Positions 1-11,992 of a stretch of DNA of 64,000 nt are shown here, one piece after another. This DNA is from Mobula birostris. Taxonomy: Eukaryota. Positions within the stretch are counted from its first letter, which is position 1. Each line of letters begins with the position of its first letter. The notes below the pieces were generated by a model. That model did not search any database, was not told where the DNA came from, and saw nothing but the letters and a program-made list of their open reading frames with translations. A program made the translations under genes and the position numbers. The stretch covers positions 146,009,415-146,073,414 of the forward strand of contig NC_092375.1 in the NCBI RefSeq assembly GCF_030028105.1, given 5' to 3'.

Positions 1-1420
1 GCACTTTAACACAGTTATTCATGGATGATTTGAAATCATATTTTCCATCATCAGTAAAGCTAAAGCAATTAATTCAAATAGTAGAACTATTTTCAGAAGA
101 TATAAGCAAGGTTTGGAATATATAATGGCAGAACATTAAACATAAAAGAAGGTGTAATAGAGCTGATAGAACATAAAACAGTGCAGTAGGTTACAATATA
201 ACAGATGGTAACTGTGAAACATGAAGTATTTGGGATATCGATAAGCAAAGAAAATAGATCATAGTGTGATAGAGGGAAACCTTTCAACAAAATTTACTTC
301 GTTGCTTAACAAAATCTGCCAAACAGAGCTCAATAGTAAAAATATAACAAAAACAATAAACACTTTCACTTTACCCATATTAATGTATTCTTTTGGCATA
401 ATATCCTGATGTAAAACCGATCAGTAACATTTACAAGGAAAAATAAGAACTGAAATGACAAATTTTAGAAAATACTATGTACCATACACTCGACCACACT
501 TAGGTTAACACTACTGAGGACAGAATGAGGAAGCGGAATAACAGACATAAAAAATTTACACAACAATCAGATAAAACTTCAAAGGATATATTTTCATCAA
601 TGTAAACAAGAGTCAGCACTCCTTGTGAGCATATGCAATTCTGAAAAAAATTACACCATTGAGCTTAAATGCAAGCTGAGTCTGAGCCTGAGGCCTCCGT
701 CAGTTAGAGTTGACCATGGATGTTGCATGCCAGCTGTCTAGGTATGCAGCCTGGGCAGTACAATATGGAGAGCAAGCTGTTGCCCATGTAGCAAGCTCCC
801 CCTCTCCACCCAGATGATGAACCCAAGGGCATGTCAGAGACCGATACAGTTTGGTACCAGCAGTGTCACAGGATTGCCAGCCAGCATTGAACTCAGTGTA
901 GGTCTGCCTTAGGGACTCCAGCTCCGGAATTTTCCCCTCGGGGTTTACTCCTGAAGCCTTCCCCATGAACGGGTATAGCAGCAAGACTGTGGAAGTTTGA
1001 GATCAGTTTTCCTTCCCCTAGATGAGCTGCCAGCCATGGCTAATGAGCCCCATCTGCCCAAAGTGACTGGTTTTAAGTCACCAGTAACTCGCCTTTGCCC
1101 TTTCTCTTGCCAGTAGAAATGGTTCCGCCGGGCTTAGTAGCTAAGCCACATGTGAAGTCTTGGAACTGGATTTGGTTGTCAGAGGCTTTTTGGGGTGCAC
1201 GCCATTGGGAGCATATAATAAGTAGTGGGAGCTTGTCCCGTTACCACCCCCGGCTACAATAACCTTAATCTTAAGGTTGATTTATGTAAATCTTCAGAAA
1301 ACAATAATACTAAACACCACCAGAATAGTCTGAAGGTTCCTAGCAATTGAGAAATGAATGTGCTTGACTATGTCCATACCTCAGATTTTACCAGCTTCAG
1401 TTGAGAAAAAAAATAGCAAT
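1..1420 (+). mobile_element. Degenerate R4/Dong-like (restriction-like endonuclease) non-LTR retrotransposon, 3' part, interrupted at ~670-1270
   Basis: FMDDLK RT motif at the start, KYLG, and homology to 10500-12325. 3' end is gagaaaaaaaatagcaataat. Confidence 0.7.
670..1270 (-). mobile_element. GC-richer non-coding interspersed repeat (possibly RTE-associated) replacing part of the R4-like element
   Basis: Abrupt composition change and a short-repeat tail (ctcaggctcagactcagc on -). No protein motif seen; family is a guess. Confidence 0.4.
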
Positions 1421-1424
1421 AATG

Positions 1425-4400
1425 ATCAGTAAATAAGTGATAAATATCGAGAACATGAAATGAAGATTCCTTGAAATTGAGCCCATAGATTGTGGGGACA
1501 ATTCACAGATGGGACAAAGGAGATTGTGTGAAGTTATCCCTTCTGGTTCAAGAGCCTGGTGGTGGAGGGGGAATAACTGTTCCGGAATCTGATGGTGTGA
1601 GTCCTGAGGCTCCTGTCCATTCTTCCTGTGAGCAGCAATGAGAAAAAAGCATGACTTGGGTGGTGACGCTTCGTGATGATGGATGCTGCTTTCCTGTGAG
1701 AACGTTCCATGTAGATGTGCTGGATGGTGGGGAGGGTTTCCTCATGATGGACTGTGCTGTATCCACTACCTTTTGTAAGACCATAAGACCATTAGGTATA
1801 GGAGCAGAAATAGTTCATTTGGCCCAGCGAGTCTGCTCTGCCATTTCATCATGGCTGATCCAATTTTTCCCTCGGCTCCAATCTCCTGTCTGCTCCCTGT
1901 TTCCCTTCATGCCCTGACCAATCAAGAATCTATCTACCACTGCCTTAAATAAACATAAAGACTTGGCCTCCACAGATGCCTGTGGCAAAGAATTCCACAG
2001 ATTCTCCACTCTCTGGCTGAAGAAATTCCTCCTCATCTCCATTCTAAAAGGATACCCCTCTATTCTGAGTCTGTGTCCCCTGGTCTTGGACTCTTCCACA
2101 ATAGGAAACATCCCCTCCACATCCATTCCATCAAGGCCTTTCACCATTCTATAGATTTCAATGAGGTCACCCCTCATTCTTCGGAATTCTATTGAATCCA
2201 GGTCCAGAGCCACCAGATGTTCTTCATACGACAAGCCACTCAATTCTGGAATCATTTTTGTGAACCTCCTGTGAACCCTCTCCAGTTTCAGCACATCCTT
2301 TCTAAGATAAGGGGCCCAGCACTGCTCACAATACTCCAAGTGTGGCCTCACCTGGGCTTTATAAAGTCTCAACATTACATCCTTGCTTTTATATTCTAGT
2401 CCTCTTGAAATGAATGCTAACATTGCATTTGGCTTCCTGGGCACAGACTCCATCTGCAAATTAACCTTTAGGGAATCCTACGCAGGACTCCGAAGTCCCT
2501 TTGTACCTTAGATTTTTTGTATTTTCTCTCCTTTTAGAAAATAGTCTACCCTTTCATTTCTTCTACCAATGTGCATGACTATACACTTGCTGACACAGTA
2601 TTCCATCTGCCATTGCTTTGCCCATTCTTCTAATCTGTCTAATTATTTTTGTAGCCTCTCTACTTCCTTAAAACTACCTGCCCCTTCACGTATCTTCATA
2701 TCATCTGTAAACTTTGCAACAAAGCCATCAGCTCCATCATCCAAATCGTTGGCCAGTAACGTAAAAAGCATCAGTCCAAACAAAACCCCTTATGAAACAC
2801 CACTAGTCACTGGCAGCCAACCAGTAAACGCTCCTTTTATTCCCACTCTTTGCAACCTGCCAAGCAGACACTGCTTTACCCATGCCAGAGTCTTTCCTGT
2901 AATACCAAGGGCTCATAGCTTGTTTAGCAGCCTCATGTGTGGCACCTTGTCATCTCTGTAGTATTTTCTGTTCAAAGGCATTGGATTTTCAATACCTGGC
3001 CATGAAGCAGCCAGTCACTATACTCTCCACAGCATATAAGTTTGTCAAAGATTTAGGTGTCATGCTGAATCTTTACAAAGCTCTAGGTAAGTAGCGGCTC
3101 TGCTGTGCGTTTTTCGTCATTGTACAACACTGATCAGCCAACTCCATTCTTTCATCAGCAAATTCAGCCAGATGAGTCCAAAGTGATTTGCCTTCGATAA
3201 TCTCTGCTGGGCAGAGGACAGGTCCTCTGAAATGTTAACACCCAGAAGTTTAAATTTGCTGACCTCTCCACCTCTGATCCCCCGATGAGGACTAGCTCAT
3301 GGCCCTCTGGATTTCTCATCCTGAAGTCGGTAATCAGCGCTTTGGTCTCGCTGACACTGAGTAACAGGTTGCTGTTGTGTCTCCACTCAGCCAGATTTCC
3401 AATCTCCTTCCCATATTCTGATTTACCTCCACCTTTGATTTGGTTTATCAAAGGGGTGTCATCAGTAAACTTGAATATGGCACTGGAGTTGTGCTTAGCC
3501 ACATAATCATCGGTGTAAAGCAAGTAGAGCACGGGGCTAGGCACACAGTCCTGTGGTGCATCTGTGCTGATGGAGATTAGGGTAGAGAATTCGTTGCCAA
3601 TTCAAACTGACTGGGGTCTGCAAGTGTGGAAATCGAGGATCCAATTACACAAAGAGGTACTGAGGTTAAGGTACTCCAGCTTACTGACTTGTTTTGAGGG
3701 GATGATGGTATTGAATGCTGAGCTGTAGTCAGTAAAGACCATCCAAGTCACTTCTCAGGCAGGAGTTGTTATCTTTTATCATCAACCTCTCAAAACACTT
3801 CATCACTGTGGATGTACGTGCTACAGGACAATAGTCATTGAGGCAAGTTACCGTGTTCTTCTTAAACACAGGAATAATTGAAGCCTGTTTGAAACAAGTG
3901 TATCCCTCAGATTGCTGAAGTGAGAGGTTAAAGATTTCAGTGAACAGTCCAGCCAGTTGATCAGCACAGGTCTTACTCAGGTACCCAATCTGGGGCTGAT
4001 GATCTCCATGGGTTCACCCTCCTGACGGATGCTCTCATGTCAGCCTCAGAGACTGAAATCACAAGGTCATCAGCAGTTGTGGGAGTTCCTGATGATTGCT
4101 CCATGTTTTGATGGTCAAAATGAGCATAGAAGATACTGACATCATCTGGAAGTGATGTTCTGTTGTCACCTGTGTCACTTGATTTCCATCTTACAAGAAG
4201 TGCCACAGCTGACGAGCATCCTTCATTGATTCAAGCTTAGTCCAGAATTGCTACTTCACCCATGAAATGTTTTTCCAGAAATTGTACCTGGACCTCTTGG
4301 AACTTCCTTGGTCACCAGACTTGAGTGCCTCTGATCTGGACCTCAGCAGACTGCAGATCTCATGGTTCATCTGGAGCTTCTGGTTGGGGAAGACTCTGAA

Positions 4401-4460
4401 TGACTTTGTGGGGACGCACTCGTCTACAACTGTTTTTATAAACTGGGGTCAATTGCTGTA
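1425..4460 (-). mobile_element. Rex1/Babar-clade LINE remnant upstream of copy 1, interrupted by CR1 at 1778-2950
   Basis: SPVLYLLYTDDYVAK...KFTDDT and L.VSETK..I.DFR motifs; colinear with 35950-37860. Confidence 0.75.
1778..2950 (-). mobile_element. CR1 LINE 3' fragment
   Basis: ORF 1815-2459 has LYKAQVRPHLEYC...LERVHRRFTKM...RRMRGDLIE...TRGH...WNSLP. Short-repeat tail taagaccataagaccat. Confidence 0.9.
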
Positions 4461-4687
4461 ATCAGAGTGAATTATTGATTATTGCCCTTTCTCACATCAT
4501 AAAATTGAATTAAAAGGAATGGAGTATCACAAGGGTAGTGAGGAAATCCAGAATGTGGAGGTAATTGAAATGATGAGTGTATGTGTACAGTTCTTCACTG
4601 ACAGGAGAGTGGAAGGCTTTGACTGTTCAATGTGTTCACCAAGAGAAGTGGGACAAACATAATGAATGTCAGAGGTGGGAAAACTAC

Positions 4688-5497
4688 ATCATTATGTGCT
4701 CATCATTCTTTATTACAGTTCAAAGTGGTACAGAGAGTTCATATGTCTAAAGACAAGCTCTCCCGTTTCTACACAGTTATTTCCCCTTACTGTGATAGAT
4801 GTACTAATGGGGTGGCCACACTAATTCATATGTTTTGGACATGTCCAAGCCTTGAAAAATTCTGGAAAGATGTATTTCAAATTTTTTCTGTACTTTTCAA
4901 TGTTAGTTTTAAGCCCAAACCTTTGACTGCCATGTTTGGTATTGTTGAGGATAGTGCTACAAAATTGAAGCCATCTAATTTGCGGGTATTGGCCATTATG
5001 TCTCTTATGGCCAGGAGGGCGATCTTGCTCAAGTGGAAGGAGGCTGCCCCGCCCAGTCACGTTCAATGGCTATCTGATGTTATGTTGTGCCTTGATCTAG
5101 AGAAGATTCGTTGTTTGATTTCTGATTCTAAACATGATTTTTTAATGTTATGGGGACCCTTTCTGAATTATTTTCATAATCTTTGAACTGTTATCAAAGT
5201 ATGGTTCTGAGCTGTTATTATTATAATATCATATGGTAAGGTAGTTTTCTTTTTTCTTTTTTTTTTACCAACCAGCTCATTTTGGTAGTGGGGGTAGATT
5301 TTTTTTAAATAAAATACAATTATTTTATTTTATTTCATTTCACAATTCAATATTTTTTCTACATGATTGATTTGGAATATGGGATACTGTGATCATATTA
5401 CTATGATTTAAATGTAATGTAATTTGTATTACTTGTATCCTTATGAATTTTGTATTTCTATTCATGCAATTTATAATATCAATAAAAATATTGAAAG
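4688..5497 (+). mobile_element. L1-clade LINE 3' fragment inserted upstream of copy 1
   Basis: QFKVV.R...CDRC...LIHMFWTCP...FW (ORF2 C-terminal CCHC region), AATAAA near the end, imperfect TSD agaggtgggaaaact (4671) / agaagtgggaatact (5498). Absent from units 2-4. Confidence 0.85.
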
Positions 5498-5937
5498 AGA
5501 AGTGGGAATACTGAAAGGAACCACAGTGAAAGGCAATATTAACTCTTACTTGGAGGATCAAGTGGGTTATGAAGGGAGAGGCAGCAGAGATTATTGAAGG
5601 CAAAACATGTTTATCTCATTTGGCTGAATTTACTGATGAAAGAATAGAGGTGGCTGATTAGTGCTGTGGAGCAAAAGCTGTATAGATTGGTGGATTTTCA
5701 AAAAAAAACTCTTCTCAGTTTAATAAGGTATAAATTCAATTTAGGCCTTTTGGGAAAGAGAACCAAAATGTGACATTGACCTAGGTGAATGGACCTGGGT
5801 GATATGTAGCTGTGAATTTTCCTGAACTGTTTGGTTGAAACAATTAAAATGATAAGAAAGCACAACTGAAAGGATCTATGCAACAAATGTCTTTCTGTTG
5901 CTTTTCTACAATAAATGAAAGAAAGGATTTCGTTGCA

Positions 5938-6018
5938 TTTTGCTGATGTTTAATGTTGTGTCATAAGAATAACAAGGAACTGCCTAGTGAGGTCTTTCTA
6001 CCCTGCATATAAATACCA
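5938..6018 (+). promoter_or_regulatory. Proximal promoter of copy 1: Maf-type half site TGCTGA (5941) and TATA box (6008)
   Basis: TTTTGCTGATG...ATATAAATACC block repeated upstream of every copy. Maf control of lens crystallin promoters is established; function of this site is inferred. Confidence 0.7.
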
Positions 6019-6072
6019 ACTTGTGTTAGGCAGTGAAACATTCAGCTGGTTAGCAGACTCACAGTGTTCAAA

Positions 6073-7796
6073 ATGGGAAAGGCAAGGGCTACTCAGTAAA
6101 TGAACCAAAATGAGAATTCTTCATGAACACCTGAGAAACTATTAACACAGATATGTTTCTTCCCACAGATCATCTTCTACGAGGACAGGAACTTCCAGGG
6201 TCGGCACTATGAGTGCAGCTCCGACTGTGCCGACCTCTCCCCTTACTTCAGCCGCTGTAACTCCATCCGTGTCGAGAGTGACTGGTGGGTGTTGTACGAG
6301 AGACCCAACTACATGGGATACCAGTATGTCCTGAGCAGGGGAGACTATCCTGACTACCAGCGCTGGATGGGATTCAATGACACAATCAGGTCCTGTTGCA
6401 GCTACCCATACGTACGTTTCTATTTTTTTTCCAGGGCATCTGATCTTTTGCAGTTTGTCTCTGAAGATGCCAGCAATTGTCTAATGGGTATTAAGTATGC
6501 TTGTTTATTTATATGCAGTGTTGTGCAATTATGAAGAAAACACAGCAGAGCTTTGGTTTGCGAAGGTTCAGCATGGCATCAATGTAAAGACGGAGGTAGT
6601 GTTAGGTCTCTTAACGAGCATTAATGCACCTAAGTCCCCAGGGCCTGACGGAATATAACCGAGGTTACTGAGAGAGGCAAGAGATAAGATTGCTGGGACC
6701 TTGAGCAACAACTTCTTGTCTTTTTTCATCATCTCGCATATTGCTTACAATTTTGGTGACGCCATTACTGGAATGATGTCGAGATGTTGGAGAGGGTGTA
6801 GAAGGGGCTTATCAGGATGCTCTCGATTAGAGGGCATTGGATATAATGAGATGTTGGACAACCTTATGCTGTTTTCTCTGGAGTGGCAGAGGTTGAGTGG
6901 ACATCACGTAGAGGTTTATAACGTCAAGAGAGGCATAGATAGAGTAGAGAGACAGTATCTTTCTCGCACGGTTAAAATTACAGATACCAGAGAACATGCA
7001 TTTAAGGTGAATGGGTGTATGCTCAAGGGAGATATGAAGGGCAAGTTTTTTTTACACGGAGAGAGGTGGGTGTCTGGAATATGCTGCCCAGGGTGATGTT
7101 AGAGGCAGGTTCACCAGGGGCTTTTAAGAGAGTCTTAGGCACATGCATATAAGGGATGTTGAAGGATAAGGACATTACTTACGCAGAGAAGAATTAATTT
7201 AAATAGTCAACTAAATTTAAGTTTACTAATTTAATTGGTTCAGCAGAAAATTGTGGGCCAAAAGTCCTGTTCCTGTGCTCTACTGTTCTATGTTCTACGT
7301 TCTAAATACAGAATTTCTCATATTTTCTCCTTTGTTTTCCTTTAACTTATGTTTGAATCAGCAGCAATGCCAGTTGGAGACAGATAATTAATGAAATTTT
7401 CACAGTGCATCTAACTTTATTTCCCATTGAAGACTGTGAAATGGTGTTCTGATGTAATGCTTAATGAGCGAACGATCGTCAAAAGATTATTACTAAAACG
7501 GTGTTTTTTTTCTATTCCAGTATCGAGGAGGAAACTACAGGATGAGGATTTATGAGAGGCCTGACTTTGCAGGACAGATGATGGAGTTCATGGATGACTG
7601 TCCCCCTGTCTACGATCGTTTCCGTTACCATGACATCCACTCCTGTCAGGTGATGGATGGTTACTGGATCTTCTATGAACATCCCAACTACAGAGGCCGA
7701 CAGTACTTCCTGAGACCCGGGGAATACAGGAGATACATTGACTGGGGCGGCTACAACTCAATGATCGGGTCCTTCAGGCGCATGAGGGACTTCTAA
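6073..7796 (+). CDS. Gamma-crystallin (elasmobranch gamma-S1-like), copy 1; exons 6073-6081, 6169-6411, 7521-7796; 175 aa
   Basis: Spliced translation MGK|[53 protein letters not shown]...|[23 protein letters not shown]...GSFRRMRDF* shows four beta/gamma-crystallin Greek-key motifs. Exons of 9/243/276 nt with phase-0 introns match the classical gamma-crystallin layout. TATA at 6008, AATAAA at 7847-7852. Confidence 0.95.
6560..7305 (+). mobile_element. Old CR1 remnants in intron 2, shared by copies 1-4 (also ~16630-17300, 26850-27270, 39100-39720)
   Basis: [14 protein letters not shown] motif, gagagggtgcagagg, and ttctatgttcta tail in homologous intron positions. Confidence 0.75.
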
Positions 7797-10700
7797 AAGT
7801 GGCTCTTAACAATCTGATTTTGACCTGTTGAAACATTTATGGAGGCAATAAAATCCCTTTGATGACCCTATCATCTCATTACTTCATTTACCCTGATTCC
7901 ACTGGAAATCACAATAGAACAGTAATCATAATCTGAGGACCACATTTGGGAAATCAGGATACGGCAAATGGTCCAGTAGAGGACAGGGGCATATTCTGCT
8001 GGAGGAACAATAATTTCTTACCACTTAATACTATAACAGTATGAAAAAGATATGGAAAGTGTATCAGAGTTTGAAATAGAAACACAGTCTGATTTGAAAT
8101 TAAATCTCATCAAACCACACATTTTTGTGGTTTTCAGTTAACCTGATTAAATCAAGGCAGAGTGCTGTGAAGGGTTTTAATTCTGAAAGTAGCACAATAG
8201 ATATTAGAGCAAGATGCCTGGCAAACAGCAGTGATTACCATTACATTCCTGAAGGCTTGTTGAGGAATGCTAATATAAAGGCAGAAGAACTTTTCCAGAT
8301 TTAAGTCACACTTCTGTGTTCTTTGGAGTCAAGTGCAGGATCTTCTTATTGAAACAAATAACACCCTACAGCACACAACCGGGTTGATGTCGCGATCTTT
8401 CTACCATGAGGGGCTTTGGATAGTTGTCATAGCTACAAGTTAATGGGGTAATTATTTAAAGTTGAGGTATTGAGAAATTTCTTCTCACTGAAATTGACAA
8501 ATCAACAACCCAGTAAACTCATAGCTAAATAATTGTAGTGTATCTATCATCTCATAGAGCGGCATGAAATATTAATCTGAGATGTAACATTCTTAAACAT
8601 AGAGATTTCTCCAGAGTGAGGATGGCATTACAGAGGTTTTTAAAATCATGATAATCATGGATTATGTGGAGGGTGACAGTATTGTTCCCTGTGTAGAGGT
8701 GTCTAAGATGAGAGGGCATAGATTTAAAATGAGAGAGCAAAGCGGGTACCCGAGTAGTTCATTTTTCACGCAGAGCATGGTGAGTATATGGAACAAGCTA
8801 CCAGAGGAACTTGTAAAGATGGTACAATTTCAATGTTTAAAAAAAACGTACACTGAAACACATTATGATTAATATTATCTAGGACAGAAGGAGGAAGAGG
8901 AGAAAACTATCATAAAAAATTTACTCAAATGTCAGATAAAACTTCTATGAATAAGCTTCAATGGAAAAGCATGACCCTGCATGGAAGACCTTCCCACAAT
9001 CTGGGCAGACTACACATTGAGAAAGAGGCATGTAGCACCTGGCTCAGATTTGCAGACCTCTTCCCAGGAACAGAGGTGTCCCTTGTGGCAATACAAGACC
9101 ATGTAGTTAGCACACAAAAATTTATCAGAATCATATAAAAGACCAACAAATTCAAGACAATAAATGCAGAAAATGCCAAAAGAAACCAGAAGCAATCCAA
9201 CACATTGCAGGATCCTGCAGTAGTTTAACTCAATCTGATTACTTACACAGACACAAACAGGTATTAAATATCACTCCAAGAATCTTTCTTTAAAATACAA
9301 ACTCAGAAAGACAACATACCTTACTATAAATACAAGCCTGATTCAGTTTTAAAGTCAGAGTATAGTAATCATACAGATATAATAGTATAGAATAAGCAAG
9401 CAAAAGCAACTTATTTAATGGATATAGCCAGTCCAAACACACATAATAATCAGAAATCAATAAGTGCAAACACCAGAAATAATCTGTACTAAAAGAGGGG
9501 CTTGAAAGTCTAAGGAACATGAACAGGTTATATATTGTCCCAATAGTAATACCTATAACTGGTATCATCCCAAAGTCACTACATAATAGCATTAAAAAGT
9601 TAGACCTACATAGCAATATTAATGTAAATCATCAGAAAGCCACAATATTAAATACCACTTCAATAGTTTGAAAGTTTGTAACAATTGAGAAATGAGTGTA
9701 CTTGGCTATGACCGTACCACAGGTTTTACCAGATTTAGCAGAGAAAAAAAAGTGTTTTAATAATAATAATAATTTTTATTGCTATAAAAATAGATACATG
9801 AAATGTGCCAGACAAAGAAAACAGAATTATCAGTTCAAAAACAATGTAAAAGGTATATACAGGACATTGAAACTAAATCTGACACACCAAAATGTCACCA
9901 ACCCCAGCCCAGAATTACCAACTAACACAGAGAATATGAACTTTTGGTCTAACATCTGATCACACAGGATGACATGCAATCAAGAAGCAAGCTGGAATAG
10001 GGAGGAAAAAGGACACACACACATGATTGATGAAATACAGATCCCTGAAATTACAAAGGATATGCTGAAAGAGGTTATAAAAAATATCCACAACTGGAAA
10101 GGTATTGGCAGTGATAATATTCATAATTATTGGTATAAAAACTTTACTTGCCTTCATCTGTACCTATTAATACATATCAACAATGTTCCTAAAATTCCTG
10201 AAAACTGCCTGAATTTTTAACAGAAGGTAGAACATATCTTTTACTTAAAGAGTAAGTTACAAATGATACATCAAAATATCATTCTATTACTTGTTTACAA
10301 ACAAATAGTAACATCACGTGTCTCACAACTAATCACCAGTAATTTGGATAACCACAATATACTTACAGAAGAGCAGAAAGGATGTTGGAAGGGTATAAAA
10401 GGATGAGGAACAACTTATAACGGATTCCATAATTCTAAATCAAGCCCTGCAGAAAAGCAGAAATCTTTCATGTTGCTATATTGCTATGTTGAAGGAGTTT
10501 CACAAGTAATATATATATATATAATTAATAGTATACATGGACGATTTGAAATTATACGCTGCTTCATTAGTAAAGCTAAAGGAGTTAATTCAAATAGTAG
10601 AACTATTTTTGAAAGATATAAACATGAACTTTGGACAGGATAGACGCAGAACATTAAACATAAAGAAAGGTGCAACAGAGCTAGTAGAATATAAAACAGA

Positions 10701-11748
10701 GCAGCAGGATACAATACAACTAATGGATGAATATGAAACATACAAGTATTTGGGATATCAACGAGGAAAGAAAATAGATCATAGTGTGATACAGGAAATA
10801 CTTTTGACAAAATTTACTTCAAGGTTTAAGAAAATCAGCCAAACAGAGCTCAATATTAAAATTATAAAAAAGGCAATAAACACTTTTGTTATACCCATAT
10901 TTACATATTCCTTTGGCATAATATCTTTCTCCAAAACAAATCTGGAAAATTTATTAAGAAAAATAAGAACTGAAATGACAGATTTCAGAAAACATGATGT
11001 ATTAGATTAACACTACCCAGGACAGAAGTGGGAAGAGGAATTAAAGACATTAAAAATTTACACAACAGTTAGATAAACCTTCTAAAGATATACTTTCATC
11101 AATGAAGACAGGATTTAGCATTTCACAGAATCATATGCAATTCTGTTAAGTATATACCACTAACCTTAAATGGGATCACAACCCAGAGAAATAAAGACAC
11201 TGTCACTATTGAGGAAAAAGTCAACAGATGGAATGGTATGACCCTCCATGGAAGACCCTCCATCTCCACGATCTGAGTGACTGAATGTCGCCAAGGAAGT
11301 GTCGAACACCTGGCTCAGAGTTGGATACCTCTTCCCAGAAACAGAACGGTTCCTTGTGGAAATACAGGACCAGGTGCTTTACACACAAGAATATATCAAA
11401 AATGCATAATAAAAGATCAACAAATTCAAGATGATAAGTGCAGAAAATGCCAAGGAAAAACAGAAACATTCGACACATTACAGGATCATGTAGCAATTTA
11501 ACTCAATTTGATTACTTAACACAGGCACAATTAAGTGGCAAACATCATTTGTCAAAATCTTGCTTTAAATTACAAACTAATAAAAAAACACCATATCTTA
11601 CTATAAGTACAACCCTGATCCAGTTTTAGAGTCAGAAAACCACAAATTATATTATGACCGATCCGTTATCACGGAAAGGATAATCCATAATAACCGTCTG
11701 CATATAATAATACAGGATAAACAAGCAAAACAACTTACTTAATAGGTA

Positions 11749-11992
11749 CAAACAACAGGAATTCTGCAGATGCTGGAAATTCAAGCAACACACATCAAAG
11801 TTGCTGGTGAACGCAGCAGGCCAGGCAGCATCTCTAGGAAGAGGTACAGTCGACGTTTCAGGCCGAGACCCTTCGTCAGGACTAACTTCCTTCAGTTAGT
11901 CCTGACGAAGGGTCTCGGCCTGAAACGTCGACTGTACCTCTTCCTAGAGATGCTGCCTGGCCTGCTGCATTCACCAGCAACTTTGATGTGTG
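11749..11992. mobile_element. Non-autonomous Penelope-derived palindromic insertion
   Basis: Arms 11787-11887 and 11894-11994 are reverse complements with one mismatch. The arm matches the terminus of the GIY-YIG element at 24522. Near-perfect TSD ttacttaat(a/c)ggta at 11735-11748 and 11993-12006. Confidence 0.85.
11897..11934 (+). ncRNA. Minimal type I hammerhead ribozyme motif (mirror copy on - at 11847-11884)
   Basis: TAGTC-CTGACGA-AGG(gtctcgg)CCT-GAAAC-GTC^-GACTG: CUGANGA and GAAA core, stem I TAGTC/GACTG, stem II AGG/CCT, palindromic ACGT stem III, GUC cleavage triplet. Confidence 0.75.

Noticed and set aside
1081-1265. Possible HDV-like ribozyme on the - strand of the 670-1270 repeat (TTCACAT loop-like motif, GGCTTAG/CTAAGCC hairpin)
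   Set aside because: I could not assign consistent P1, P2 and P3 pairings in this copy; a family consensus and RNArobo search would be needed.
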